64,000 nucleotides of DNA from an uncultured Lachnospiraceae bacterium (GCA_905203555.1 CAJKWK010000003.1:32032-96031), one strand, 5' to 3'; positions 1 through 10,204 are shown, numbered from the stretch's first letter. Numbers and translations: made by a program. Notes: generated by a model not told the origin, from the sequence alone.

Positions 1-3000
1 CAGCCTTTCTCAAGTAACTATCATCATCTTTGCTTTCTTTTCCGGATGGAGTATTGACGATAATATCAATTTTACCATTCGTAATCAAATCCAGCATATT
101 CGGTCTGCCTTCTTGCAGTTTCTTAATACTTTCTGCTTCAATTCCGTTTTCACGCAGCAGCTCACAAGTATGTTTGGAGGCGATAATATGAAAACCTGCT
201 TTTTCAAAATCTTTTGCCACATCCACAACTTCCGGCTTATCTCTGTTACTTACAGAGATCAATGCAGTACCTTCTAACGGAAGTTTTGTCTGTGTAGCTT
301 CCTGTGCCTTGTAAAACGCCTCTCCAAAGAACTTGGACAATCCTAATACTTCTCCTGTAGAACGCATCTCTGGTCCTAAGAGCGGATCCACTTCCTGGAA
401 CATGTTAAATGGAAATACTGCTTCTTTTACTCCATAATACGGAATCTCCTGTTCCTTTAATGCCGGAACCGGTGATGGTCTTCCTGTCAACTCCGAAGTA
501 ACAATATCAATTGCAAGCGGTACCATACGAATATTACATACTTTTGATACAAGCGGCACTGTTCTGGATGCTCTCGGATTGGCTTCCAAAACAAAAACCT
601 TGTCATTTTCAATTGCATACTGCATATTCATCAAACCTTTAACATGCATCTCTTCTGCAATTCTTCTTGTATATTCTTTGATTGTCTTCACGTTTTCCTC
701 AGAAATATGCTTAGACGGGATGATACATGCTGAATCACCGGAATGCACTCCTGCAAGTTCAATATGCTCCATCACTGCCGGAACAAATGCATGTGTTCCA
801 TCACTGATAGCATCTGCTTCGCATTCTGTCGCATGTCCAAGGAACCGGTCGATCAAAATCGGACGATCCGGTGTCACACCTACTGCTGCCTGCATATATC
901 CAACCATGCTCTCTGCGTCATAAACAACTTCCATTCCTCGTCCGCCAAGAACATAAGATGGACGTACCATAACCGGATATCCAATCTTTTCAGCAATCTC
1001 AAGGGCATCCTCTACAGTAACTGCCATGCCGGATTCCGGCATTGGAATCTCTAATTTTTCCATCATTTCCCGGAACAGATCGCGGTCTTCAGCAAGATCG
1101 ATCACAGAAGGCGCTGTACCTAAGATCTTCACGCCATTTCTTTCCAGATCTGCCGCCAGATTCAATGGGGTCTGACCACCAAACTGAGCAATCACACCTA
1201 CAGGCTGTTCTTTTTTGTAAATACTCAATACATCTTCCAACGTCAATGGCTCAAAATAAAGTTTATCAGATGTATCATAATCTGTAGATACAGTTTCTGG
1301 ATTACAATTTACAATAATCGTTTCAAACCCAAGTTTTCTAAGAGCAAGAGACGCATGAACACAGCAATAATCAAATTCAATTCCCTGTCCGATACGGTTT
1401 GGTCCGCCACCCAGAATCATAATCTTTGGCTTATCTGAACGAATCGGATTCTTATCTTCTGCATTATATGTGGAATAATAATATGCGCTGTCAGGTGTTG
1501 CACTTACATGAACGCCTTCCCATGCCTCTTCAACTCCAAGACTAATTCTCTTATTGCGAATCTCATCTTCACTAACTTCCAGAATCTGGCTCAAATATTT
1601 ATCGGAAAATCCATCTTTCTTAGCAGAGATCAATGCTTCATCAGTTGGCAGTTGTCCTTTAGATGCAAGAAGCGCCTCTTCTTCCTCTACCAATTCTTTT
1701 ATTTGCTCAAGGAAATAATGTTTCACCTTTGTAAGTTCATGAATTTCATCTATTGTTGCACCTTTACGCAACGCTTCATATATAATGAAGTAGCGTTCGC
1801 TTGTCGCATGAATCAACATTTTCAGTAATTCTTCTTTACTTCTGGAGTCAAAGTCTTTTGCATGGCCCAATCCATACCGACCGGTCTCCAAAGAGCGGAT
1901 TGCCTTCTGGAATGCCTCTTTGAAGTTCTTACCGATACTCATAACTTCACCAACGGCACGCATCTGTGTTCCCAGCTTATCTTCTACTCCTTTGAACTTT
2001 TCAAATGCCCAGCGCGCAAACTTGATTACAACATAATCCCCATCAGGAACATAGCGATCCAGTGTACCATATTTTCCGCATGGAATATCTTTCAACGTGA
2101 GACCCGTTGCAAGCATTGCTGATACAAGAGCGATCGGGAAACCAGTCGCTTTGGATGCCAATGCAGAAGAACGAGACGTACGAGGGTTAATTTCAATAAT
2201 AACATCTCTGTCTGTTTTCGGATCATGTGCCCACTGTACATTACATCCTCCGATTACCTGAACAGAATCTACGACTTTATGTGATTTTTCTTCCAGTCGT
2301 TTTTGTACTTCTTCGGAAATCGTCAGCATTGGCGCCGAGCAGAATGAATCTCCGGTGTGCACCCCAAGTGGGTCAATATTTTCAATAAAGCAAACCGTGA
2401 TCATATTTCCATCTGCGTCACGAACCACTTCCAACTCCAGCTCTTCCCAGCCAAGAATGGATTCCTCTACCAAAACCTGTCCTACAAGACTTGCCTGAAG
2501 TCCACGTGCACAAACTGTCTTCAATTCATCAATGTTATATACAAGACCGCCGCCTGCGCCTCCCATTGTATAGGCAGGACGAAGAACTACCGGATATCCT
2601 AATTTATCTGCAATTGCCAACGCCTCGTCGACGCTATATGCAACTTCACTTCTGGCCATTTCTATGCCGAGCTTATTCATCGTATGCTTAAACTCAATAC
2701 GATCTTCTCCACGCTCAATAGCATCAACCTGAACACCGATTACCTCTACATGATATTTCTCAAGTACTCCTGCTTTTGCTAATTCTGAACATAAATTAAG
2801 ACCGGACTGTCCGCCAAGATTCGGCAGCAATGCATCTGGTCTCTCCTTTTTTATAATCTGTTCTATTCTATCTACATTCAACGGTTCAATATAAGTAACG
2901 TCAGCTATCTCCGGATCAGTCATAATTGTAGCCGGATTAGAATTAACCAATACGATTTCATAGCCTAAATTTCTCAATGCTTTACAAGCCTGTGTACCGG

Positions 3001-3085
3001 AATAATCAAATTCACAAGCCTGTCCGATAATAATCGGGCCGGAACCGATGATAAGTACTTTATGGATATCATTTCTCTTTGTCAT
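1..3085 (-). CDS. carB: carbamoyl-phosphate synthase large subunit; C-terminal end runs off the left edge of the window
   Basis: Absent from the ORF track because it is open at the window edge. The reverse complement from the ATG at 3085 reads MTKRNDIHKVLIIGSGPIIIGQACEFDYSGTQACKALRNLGYEIVLVN, the canonical CarB N-terminus. Near position 1 the same frame reads ...EGRPNMLDLITNGKIDIIVNTPSGKESKDDDSYLRKA, which is MGS-like domain sequence. SD AGGAGGAAG at 3090-3098. Confidence 0.9.
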   Translation of the reverse strand, partial: MTKRNDIHKVLIIGSGPIIIGQACEFDYSGTQACKALRNLGYEIVLVNSNPATIMTDPEIADVTYIEPLNVDRIEQIIKKERPDALLPNLGGQSGLNLCSELAKAGVLEKYHVEVIGVQVDAIERGEDRIEFKHTMNKLGIEMARSEVAYSVDEALAIADKLGYPVVLRPAYTMGGAGGGLVYNIDELKTVCARGLQASLVGQVLVEESILGWEELELEVVRDADGNMITVCFIENIDPLGVHTGDSFCSAPMLTISEEVQKRLEEKSHKVVDSVQVIGGCNVQWAHDPKTDRDVIIEINPRTSRSSALASKATGFPIALVSAMLATGLTLKDIPCGKYGTLDRYVPDGDYVVIKFARWAFEKFKGVEDKLGTQMRAVGEVMSIGKNFKEAFQKAIRSLETGRYGLGHAKDFDSRSKEELLKMLIHATSERYFIIYEALRKGATIDEIHELTKVKHYFLEQIKELVEEEEALLASKGQLPTDEALISAKKDGFSDKYLSQILEVSEDEIRNKRISLGVEEAWEGVHVSATPDSAYYYSTYNAEDKNPIRSDKPKIMILGGGPNRIGQGIEFDYCCVHASLALRKLGFETIIVNCNPETVSTDYDTSDKLYFEPLTLEDVLSIYKKEQPVGVIAQFGGQTPLNLAADLERNGVKILGTAPSVIDLAEDRDLFREMMEKLEIPMPESGMAVTVEDALEIAEKIGYPVMVRPSYVLGGRGMEVVYDAESMVGYMQAAVGVTPDRPILIDRFLGHATECEADAISDGTHAFVPAVMEHIELAGVHSGDSACIIPSKHISEENVKTIKEYTRRIAEEMHVKGLMNMQYAIENDKVFVLEANPRASRTVPLVSKVCNIRMVPLAIDIVTSELTGRPSPVPALKEQEIPYYGVKEAVFPFNMFQEVDPLLGPEMRSTGEVLGLSKFFGEAFYKAQEATQTKLPLEGTALISVSNRDKPEVVDVAKDFEKAGFHIIASKHTCELLRENGIEAESIKKLQEGRPNMLDLITNGKIDIIVNTPSGKESKDDDSYLRKA

Positions 3086-3138
3086 CTGTCTTCCTCCTGT
3101 CTTCTCTCATAATGTTCTGTTTCCATTTTCAATTGGCT

Positions 3139-3167
3139 ATTATACAATAAAAAAAATACTCAGGCAA
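3139..3167 (-). promoter_or_regulatory. candidate sigma-A promoter of carB
   Basis: Minus strand reads TTGCCT, 17-nt spacer, TATAAT, about 55 nt upstream of the carB ATG. Confidence 0.4.
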
Positions 3168-3219
3168 TGCCAAAATACATTTTTTATGCAAACTCTTTTT
3201 TTGAAAATCTAAAAATTTT

Positions 3220-3654
3220 TTAGATTTGTTTCAGAACTTTGAAGAATGTTCCCACGAGAAATATTGCCAACGCAATCATTCCGGCTATTTCCAATGTCTG
3301 TATAAAATAATATGCACTTTTACTATGTTCACCTAATAATACATAATAGATGATCCTATACATCCCTGCTCCCGGCACTGTCGGCAAGATTCCGGGAATC
3401 AGAAAAATCGTGACCGGCGCATGTAAAATTCTTGCAAACGTGTGTGACATAAACGCAATCACAAGTGCAGAGAGAAAAGATGCCAGCACAGCACCGATTT
3501 CATATTCCATACTCACCAGATAAACACCGCCTCCTACAGCTCCTATGAGTCCCGCATACGGCAGATATTTTCTGGGACATTCCAACAGCACAGCAAAACA
3601 AGCGATTGCCAGAAAACTTCCGATCGTCCCCAAAATCAAATGTGCAATATTCAA
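3220..3654 (-). CDS. threonine/serine exporter (ThrE) family protein, small membrane subunit (DUF3815-like)
   Basis: 144-aa polytopic membrane ORF with a TTG start overlapping the stop of the upstream gene, and SD GGAGGTGG. Motif IPGILPTVPGAGMY is typical of the family. Paired with a DUF1212-like partner. Confidence 0.7.
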   Translation of the reverse strand: MNIAHLILGTIGSFLAIACFAVLLECPRKYLPYAGLIGAVGGGVYLVSMEYEIGAVLASFLSALVIAFMSHTFARILHAPVTIFLIPGILPTVPGAGMYRIIYYVLLGEHSKSAYYFIQTLEIAGMIALAIFLVGTFFKVLKQI

Positions 3655-4424
3655 AACAGTCCACCTCCTGGTTTTAAAATCCCCGTTACAGCCATTCCGA
3701 CGCCAACTCCCAAAGCAATGGCAACCGCTGTCATAAAAGCCTCCATTGTCCGGGCCGCCCCCGCCAGATAATCTCCTTGCAGAGAATCCCGAATTGCATA
3801 AGTAATTGCAACTCCGGGTACGATCGGCATAATACTGCTGATGATTACAGTATCCATATTCATGCCCGGAAAGTTATTTTTTAAAAAAATAGCAGAAAGA
3901 GCTACCGCAAATGCACTAAATGCATTCAAAATAAAACCATGTATATGAAAGTATTTCCCGATTGTTGTAATCATCGCCAGTGCGATTCCGGCTATTGCAG
4001 CCCCTCCGATTTCTGCCCAGCCTCCGCCAAAAAGAGGCGCAAATCCGGCACAGACCCCAACCGTCGCCAAATTATAAATCCATCTTTTATACTGACGGCC
4101 TTTAATCGTTTTCAATTCTGCATAAGCCTCATCCAGCGTCATCTCCCCAGCGCAATATCTTCTTGATACTGCGTTCACACGTTCGATCCGGTTCAGATTC
4201 ATCCCTCTGCTCTCTACACGTTTGATTACAGAAATATTTTCTATATCCGGATGATCCAAGGTAACAAAAATCCCTGTTGTCAAAACGACTGTTTCAACCA
4301 TATCAACATTTGCGGTTCCTAAAATACGTGTGATCGTCTCTTCCACACGATAAGTTTCCGCACCGCTCTTTAACATTATTTCTCCAGCCAGAACTGCTGT
4401 ATTCATCAATCGCTTATAGTCCAT
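3651..4424 (-). CDS. threonine/serine exporter (ThrE) family protein, large subunit (DUF1212-like)
   Basis: The ORF track gives 3651..4445 from a GTG. The ATG at 4424 has SD GAGGAAGAG 5 nt upstream and gives MDYKRLMNTAVLAGEIMLKSGAETYRVEETITRIL, the family N-terminal signature. Confidence 0.72.
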   Translation of the reverse strand: MDYKRLMNTAVLAGEIMLKSGAETYRVEETITRILGTANVDMVETVVLTTGIFVTLDHPDIENISVIKRVESRGMNLNRIERVNAVSRRYCAGEMTLDEAYAELKTIKGRQYKRWIYNLATVGVCAGFAPLFGGGWAEIGGAAIAGIALAMITTIGKYFHIHGFILNAFSAFAVALSAIFLKNNFPGMNMDTVIISSIMPIVPGVAITYAIRDSLQGDYLAGAARTMEAFMTAVAIALGVGVGMAVTGILKPGGGLF

Positions 4425-4562
4425 CCCACTCTTCCTCACTCGCACTCTATTTCATGGCTGTAAGCATATAAATCCTGCTAACATACAACTCTTCTTCCAC
4501 TATAGAGAGTTCTCATATATCCGTCAAGTACTATCAAAAAATCCACGTAAGTTTCCCATCCT

Positions 4563-5447
4563 TTACTCTGAAAAATTTCCTGTACACAGAAGATCCTTCA
4601 TCTTTTTGATTTCATCCGAACAATATTTATTCTTATGAATGATAAAATCAAAATCACGTTTGACCTTTTGATCTTTCAATGTCAGGATTCGCATCTCTCC
4701 GCTTTGTACTTCCTTTTTTACCATGCGTTTTGAAAAAACTGCAATTCCACGTCCACAGATCACCGCATTTTTGATTGCTTCTGTATTTGTACTTTCAAAG
4801 GTTCGATTTAAATGCAGCCCTTGTTCTTCAAAAAGTTTTTCGTATTGATTTCTCTCCACACTGCCGCTTTCACGACTAACGTAATCCTGTCCATCCAGCA
4901 TTTCCAATGTTATAACTGATTCTTTTGCCAAAGGATGCGTACATCCACATACAATTACGAGCTCATCTTCACAAATAGGAAAAACAGACAAATTTTCATT
5001 TTTAATATTTCCTTCCACAATTGCGAAGTCCACTTGATTATTCAACACTGCTTTTTCTATTTCGGCAGAATTGGTCACCGTGACGTGAAATTGACAATTT
5101 GGAATCACTTTCTCTGCCTCATTTAAAATATCATTGATAAGACAGGTTCCAACTGACACACTGCATCCGATACGTAAATCTCTGCTCTTTGCTGCATGAT
5201 TTATCGTTTCTTCCATTTGATCAAATGAGTCCAGAATATGACGAGAAAAAGAGAGCAGCAGCTCTCCCTCTTTTGTTAAATATAGTTTTTGTGACAATCG
5301 CTCAAATAATTTTACGTTATAATACTTTTCCAGCTCCGAAATTGCCTGACTTATACTTGGTTGAGAAATATGCAGCTCCCTTGCCGCTTTACTCATACCA
5401 CCTTTGTCAGCTACCATCGTAAAAATTTTCAAATGTCGAATGGTCAT
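4563..5447 (-). CDS. LysR-family transcriptional regulator
   Basis: N-terminal wHTH MTIRHLKIFTMVADKGGMSKAARELHISQPSISQAISELE followed by a LysR substrate-binding-length C-terminus. SD AGGAGAG. Confidence 0.88.
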   Translation of the reverse strand: MTIRHLKIFTMVADKGGMSKAARELHISQPSISQAISELEKYYNVKLFERLSQKLYLTKEGELLLSFSRHILDSFDQMEETINHAAKSRDLRIGCSVSVGTCLINDILNEAEKVIPNCQFHVTVTNSAEIEKAVLNNQVDFAIVEGNIKNENLSVFPICEDELVIVCGCTHPLAKESVITLEMLDGQDYVSRESGSVERNQYEKLFEEQGLHLNRTFESTNTEAIKNAVICGRGIAVFSKRMVKKEVQSGEMRILTLKDQKVKRDFDFIIHKNKYCSDEIKKMKDLLCTGNFSE

Positions 5448-5473
5448 GTTTCTCTCCTTTTTGATTCATCATT

Positions 5474-6046
5474 TTAAATCGCACCCATTAGCGCATAAAC
5501 AGCCGTCCCTGCCACACCGCTTCCCAGAATAATTGCAATTGCATTTACTTTATGTTTTCTTAAAAGATAAAGAGCTCCTACAAAAATTGCAAATTCAACC
5601 CATCGAATGTCGCTTAATATGAGTTTTCCTAATTCTGCCTGAAATAAAGCCAGCATTAAAATTGAGGCTCCTGCGGAACCGATCAATGCAACCACCGCCG
5701 GACGCATTGCTCCAAGTACAACCTGTACCCCGCTCACATTACGATATTTATAATAAAAGTGAGCAAGAATCAGACAGATACAGAAGGACGGAATGATACA
5801 TCCAATAGAACAAAGCAATACACCGGGGATTCCTGCAATTCTCATTCCCACAAAAGTTGCAGAATTAATAGAAATTGGTCCGGGTGTCATTTCTGCAACT
5901 GTAATTAAATCCGAAAATTCCTCCAATGTCATGAGACCATGTAGATTGACAATCTGTTCCTGTATCAATGGTATCGCAGCATAACCGCCGCCCACACTAA
6001 ACATACCAACCTGAATAAATGCAAAAAATAATTTCAATAGCAACAT
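5474..6046 (-). CDS. chromate transporter (CHR) family protein, half-size
   Basis: MLLLKLFFAFIQVGMFSVGGGYAAIPLIQ is the CHR signature. I moved the start to the ATG overlapping the upstream stop (TAATG), with SD GGAGGAA. Confidence 0.8.
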   Translation of the reverse strand: MLLLKLFFAFIQVGMFSVGGGYAAIPLIQEQIVNLHGLMTLEEFSDLITVAEMTPGPISINSATFVGMRIAGIPGVLLCSIGCIIPSFCICLILAHFYYKYRNVSGVQVVLGAMRPAVVALIGSAGASILMLALFQAELGKLILSDIRWVEFAIFVGALYLLRKHKVNAIAIILGSGVAGTAVYALMGAI

Positions 6047-6633
6047 TATGCAATTCCTCCGTTCTTGACTTTTCTTGTATTCCATGATGTAACTGCAAGA
6101 TCAATGAACCCAATCCCCAGACAAGTTAATATTACAAACATTGCACTGATATCCAAAATGTATGTTGCCAAAAAGGCAGCGATCATCATAATGATATATA
6201 AAGTTCTTTTTGTATGAATTACATTCTTTGCCAGATTAATCACAACGTCAAATATAACTGCGGCAACGCCCGCTCTCATAACCTGTAATGCCATACTGAT
6301 ATACGGATTGGTACGGAACTGTTCATAAAACATAGAGATAATTGATATAATGATCATTGGAGGCAGTATTGTTCCAAGAATTGCGACAAGCGATCCGACA
6401 ACACCTGCAAGGCGATATCCTATAATCACAGACGCATTCACCGGAAGCGGTCCGGGCGCTGACTGTGTAATCGCAGTCACATCTAACATCTCCTCTTCTT
6501 CCAGCCATTGCAGCTCTTCCACAAACTTCTTTTTCATCAGAGATACAATTACAAACCCACCGCCAAATGTACATGCACTCAGCATAAACATTGATTGAAA
6601 CAAAACCCATAATTTACTGTAATCTTTTTTCAT
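6046..6633 (-). CDS. chromate transporter (CHR) family protein, half-size
   Basis: LSACTFGGGFVIVSLMKKKFVEE is the CHR signature. The ATG at 6633 is preceded by GGAGGTTATTT. It forms a two-gene pair with 5474-6046. Confidence 0.8.
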   Translation of the reverse strand: MKKDYSKLWVLFQSMFMLSACTFGGGFVIVSLMKKKFVEELQWLEEEEMLDVTAITQSAPGPLPVNASVIIGYRLAGVVGSLVAILGTILPPMIIISIISMFYEQFRTNPYISMALQVMRAGVAAVIFDVVINLAKNVIHTKRTLYIIMMIAAFLATYILDISAMFVILTCLGIGFIDLAVTSWNTRKVKNGGIA

Positions 6634-6740
6634 AAATAACCTCCAATATCTTTCTTTTTCACTTCCTTCAAAGTGTAGCATAAAAAAGGTTATTTTTGAA
6701 ATACATAAGTTTTATACATCCTATAGGTATATGCCTATAA

Positions 6741-7220
6741 TTATTTATGATACGGTTCTTTTTTTATAATGCGATAACTCCGATATATTTGTTCCAGCAA
6801 TATTACGCGCATTAGCTGATGCGGAAATGTCATTTTTGAAAAACTCAACGCATAATTTGACTTCTCCAGTACTTTTTTCCCTAATCCCAGAGAACCACCT
6901 ATAACGAAAATAAGATGACTTGTACCTTGAATCCCCAATTTCTCAATTTTGTCAGCCAATTCTTCTGAAGTAAGCTGTTTTCCCTGAATTTCAAGTGTAA
7001 TGATATAAGCATCTTCCTTCAAATATTTTAAAATACGCTCTGCTTCTTTCGCTTTGATCGTTTCATTCATAGTATCGCTTGCATTTTCCGGCGTTTTTTC
7101 ATCTGCGACTTCTATGATTTCCATTTTACAATATTTACTCAATCGCTTGCTATACTCGCTAATTGCATCTCGTAAATACTTTTCTTTTATCTTCCCAACT
7201 GTAATGATCGTAATCCTCAT
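6741..7220 (-). CDS. rlmH: 23S rRNA (pseudouridine1915-N3)-methyltransferase
   Basis: 159-aa SPOUT protein: [16 protein letters not shown]...[10 protein letters not shown]...[27 protein letters not shown]. Confidence 0.9.
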   Translation of the reverse strand: MRITIITVGKIKEKYLRDAISEYSKRLSKYCKMEIIEVADEKTPENASDTMNETIKAKEAERILKYLKEDAYIITLEIQGKQLTSEELADKIEKLGIQGTSHLIFVIGGSLGLGKKVLEKSNYALSFSKMTFPHQLMRVILLEQIYRSYRIIKKEPYHK

Positions 7221-7245
7221 TTATGTTTCTCCTGTCGGAACATTC

Positions 7246-7704
7246 TTATAAGATTTCTTTTAAGATTTTAGTCACCTTTTTTGTCAATAGATACTCCTCG
7301 GTCAGCGCTACCGCATCAACAATACACTGTTCACAACTAACAGCCTGTTTTCCATCTGTTTTTGCTTTCAAATCACGACAATACATCGAGCCATTCTTTT
7401 CCTGAAATTTTTTTGCATACTCTTTTACACTTTTATATGTGTCTGCTTTTGTAATTGCGCCTTTTTGAGGATTTCCAATGCTATTCTCCAGTCCAATGAT
7501 CATAAACATACCACTGAGAGCACCGCACACTTCTCGCATTCCCATACCAAACCCAAATCCTTCCGCAAGGCGAAACATCATTTCTTCATCTACACCAAAA
7601 TCCTCACAAAAAGAGCAGGCAACAGCCTGTGCACAATTATATCCGTTTTTATGATATTCTGCCGCTTTTTGTTGTCTTTTACTAAGGTTCTTATTCTCTT
7701 CCAT
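7246..7704 (-). CDS. C_GCAxxG_C_C family (putative redox-active) protein
   Basis: Family-defining motifs are GYNCAQAVACSFCEDFG near the N-terminus and the C-terminal C..C (CRDL...SCEQC). The ATG at 7704 has SD AGGAGTA; the track's TTG start lies 6 nt upstream. Confidence 0.8.
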   Translation of the reverse strand: MEENKNLSKRQQKAAEYHKNGYNCAQAVACSFCEDFGVDEEMMFRLAEGFGFGMGMREVCGALSGMFMIIGLENSIGNPQKGAITKADTYKSVKEYAKKFQEKNGSMYCRDLKAKTDGKQAVSCEQCIVDAVALTEEYLLTKKVTKILKEIL

Positions 7705-7739
7705 TGTCAATACTCCTTCTATCTCTGTTGTTCCATTTC

Positions 7740-7771
7740 AAAAAAAGGCGGACATGCTCACGCACATCCGC
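7740..7771 (-). terminator. intrinsic terminator after the nfnB-like gene
   Basis: Minus strand reads GCGGATGTGcgtgagCATGTCCGCC followed by a T run. Confidence 0.65.
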
Positions 7772-7800
7772 ACTTTTATTTCATTCAGCCTGATGCTCTC

Positions 7801-9189
7801 TTACTTATCTCTCAGATATTCATCAATACCTTTGGCAGCTGCCTTTCCGGCACCCATAGCTAAAATAACTGTTGCAGCGCCAGTTACAGCATCTCCACCG
7901 GCATATACACCTTCTTTGGATGTTTTACCGTTATTCTCATCAGCCACAATACATTTCCACTTATTAATTTCCAGACCTTCTGTTGTAGAAGAAATCAATG
8001 GATTCGGAGAAGTACCCAGTGACATGATTACTGTATCTACATCAATTGTATATTCAGAACCAGGAACCTCTACCGGACGTCTTCTTCCTGATGCATCCGG
8101 TTCTCCCAGTTCCATCTTAATAACTTTCATTCCTGTAACATTTCCCTTATCGTCCACAAGAATCTCTTTTGGATTCGTCAAAAGGTCGAAAATGATTCCT
8201 TCTTCCTTTGCATGATGTACTTCTTCCACACGTGCCGGAAGTTCTTCTTCACTTCTACGATAAACGATATGTACTTCCGCGCCAAGACGAAGTGCAGTTC
8301 TTGCAGCATCCATTGCCACATTACCGCCACCAACAACAGCCACCTTTGTTCCGGCACAAATCGGTGTATCATAATTTTCATCAAATGCTTTCATCAGGTT
8401 GCTTCTGGTCAGATATTCGTTTGCTGAGAATACTCCGTTCGCATTCTCTCCCGGAATACCCATAAACTTCGGAAGTCCTGCACCTGATCCAATAAAGACA
8501 GCCTCAAATCCTTCTTCTTCAATCAACTGATCGATTGTAGTAGATTTACCAATTACAACATTGGTTTCAAATTTAACGCCAAGTTCTTTTACTTTCTCAA
8601 TTTCTTTTGCAACAACTTTCTGTTTTGGAAGACGGAACTCCGGAATACCATACACCAATACTCCGCCCAGTTCATGAAGTGCTTCGAATACAGTTACTTC
8701 ATAACCGAGTTTTGCCAAATCTCCCGCACATGTCAATCCGGACGGACCGGAACCAATTACAGCAACTTTATGACCATTCGTCTTTTCTGCTCCAACCGGC
8801 TTAATATCATTCTCCAATGCATAATCTGCCACAAAACGCTCCAGTTTTCCAATGGAAATCGGCTCACCTTTGATTCCGCGAATACACTGTCCCTCACACT
8901 GTGACTCCTGAGGACATACACGACCGCAGATTGCCGGAAGAGCTGAAGATTGTCCGATCACTTTATATGCTTCTTCAATATTGCCGTTCTTGATTTCTTT
9001 AATAAATCCAGGAATGTTAATTGCTACCGGACAACCCTGAATACATTTTGCATTTTTACAATTAATACATCTGGAAGCCTCTTCCATAGCTTCTTCCATG
9101 TTATATCCAAGACAAACTTCTTCAAAGTTCGTTGCACGAACCTTTGGATCCTGTTCTCTTACCGGTACTTTTTTTAATACATCTCCCAT
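7801..9189 (-). CDS. nfnB: NADPH-dependent glutamate synthase small-chain-like oxidoreductase (NfnB-type subunit)
   Basis: N-terminal 2x[4Fe-4S] motifs CINCKNAKCIQGCP and CGRVCPQESQCEGQC. Two Rossmann motifs, VAVIGSGPSGL and VAVVGGGNVAMD. Start overlaps the stop of the upstream PyrK-like gene (TAATG). Confidence 0.85.
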   Translation of the reverse strand: MGDVLKKVPVREQDPKVRATNFEEVCLGYNMEEAMEEASRCINCKNAKCIQGCPVAINIPGFIKEIKNGNIEEAYKVIGQSSALPAICGRVCPQESQCEGQCIRGIKGEPISIGKLERFVADYALENDIKPVGAEKTNGHKVAVIGSGPSGLTCAGDLAKLGYEVTVFEALHELGGVLVYGIPEFRLPKQKVVAKEIEKVKELGVKFETNVVIGKSTTIDQLIEEEGFEAVFIGSGAGLPKFMGIPGENANGVFSANEYLTRSNLMKAFDENYDTPICAGTKVAVVGGGNVAMDAARTALRLGAEVHIVYRRSEEELPARVEEVHHAKEEGIIFDLLTNPKEILVDDKGNVTGMKVIKMELGEPDASGRRRPVEVPGSEYTIDVDTVIMSLGTSPNPLISSTTEGLEINKWKCIVADENNGKTSKEGVYAGGDAVTGAATVILAMGAGKAAAKGIDEYLRDK

Positions 9190-10079
9190 TATTCGTCACC
9201 TCCACAATGTCCGCATCCACCATGATGTGTATCGCCTTCCAGAATCTTCAGCATTGCACGTCCTTCAGCTGTCTTGTAGGTCTGAGCTCTCTTCATAGCC
9301 TGATCAAAATCTACGAGATGACCATCGAATTCCGGTCCGTCTACACAGGCAAATTTAATCTCATCTCCTACCTGTAAACGGCAAGCTCCGCACATTCCGG
9401 TTCCATCTACCATAATTGGATTCATGCTGACAATTGTCGGAATCTCTAATTTCTTTGTCAAAAGACAAACAAATTTCATCATGATCATTGGTCCGATTGC
9501 AACACAAACATCATACTGTTTTCCTTCATTCTGAACCAGATCTTCTACTACAGCTGTTACCATACCGGAACGACCATAAGAACCATCATCCGTTGTTACA
9601 TACAGATTGCCTGCAACAGCTTCTAATTCATTTTCAAGAATTACCATTTCTTTTGTTTTTGCACCCAGAACCACATCTGCTTCAATACCATGCTCATGCA
9701 GCCACTTTACCTGCGGATAGACCGGAGCCGCACCAACGCCGCCGGCTACAAAAAGCATCTTTTTATTCTTCAGAGAATCCAAATCTTCGTTTACGAACTC
9801 GGACGCACATCCCAAAGGTCCAACGAAATCGCGGAAACTATCCCCGGCTTTTAAACCGGACATCTTTACTGTTGATGCGCCGACTTCCTGAAATACAATC
9901 GTAATTGTACCGGCCTCACGGTCATAATCACAAATTGTCAACGGAATTCTCTCCCCTTTATCATCCATTTTAACAATCACAAACTGTCCCGGCTGACAAT
10001 GTTTTGCAACACGTGGTGCTTCCACATCCATAAGATAAATCTTATCAGCCAGTTTCTCTGCTTTCAAAATCTTATACAT
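9189..10079 (-). CDS. nfnA: sulfide/dihydroorotate dehydrogenase-like FAD/NAD-binding protein (NfnA-type subunit)
   Basis: PyrK-like 296-aa protein with C-terminal 2Fe-2S motif GTGMCGACRLQV...FACVDGPEF. Translationally coupled to the GltD-like partner, as in NADH-dependent ferredoxin:NADP oxidoreductases. Confidence 0.82.
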   Translation of the reverse strand: MYKILKAEKLADKIYLMDVEAPRVAKHCQPGQFVIVKMDDKGERIPLTICDYDREAGTITIVFQEVGASTVKMSGLKAGDSFRDFVGPLGCASEFVNEDLDSLKNKKMLFVAGGVGAAPVYPQVKWLHEHGIEADVVLGAKTKEMVILENELEAVAGNLYVTTDDGSYGRSGMVTAVVEDLVQNEGKQYDVCVAIGPMIMMKFVCLLTKKLEIPTIVSMNPIMVDGTGMCGACRLQVGDEIKFACVDGPEFDGHLVDFDQAMKRAQTYKTAEGRAMLKILEGDTHHGGCGHCGGDE

Positions 10080-10120
10080 GATTTTCCTCCTTGTATATTT
10101 TAAATAAATACCCTGTCACT

Positions 10121-10149
10121 ATCATACGCCATTCCATCTCGATTCGCAA
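10121..10149 (-). promoter_or_regulatory. candidate sigma-A promoter of the nfnAB-like operon
   Basis: Minus strand reads TTGCGA, 17-nt spacer, TATGAT, about 40 nt upstream of the ATG at 10079. Confidence 0.45.
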
Positions 10150-10204
10150 GTATTCTTTCCTGGAAATGACGGTTTTGCACAGAAAATTTCATCTGAAAAA
10201 CATC

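Noticed and set aside
3170-3200. ARG-box-like sequence TTGCATAAAAAATGTATTTT upstream of the carB promoter.
   Set aside because: It bears only a loose resemblance to ArgR or AhrC boxes in AT-rich DNA, and no second box is present.
7754-8215. Long plus-strand ORFs antisense to minus-strand genes. Examples are 7754-8215, 14272-14682, 16636-17076, 22139-22685, 23783-24187, 49712-50143 and 579-2691 inside carB.
   Set aside because: Each lies wholly inside a confidently identified minus-strand gene. They have low-complexity or Cys/Ser/Leu-rich translations with no recognisable motifs and no SD. These are typical mirror-frame ORFs.
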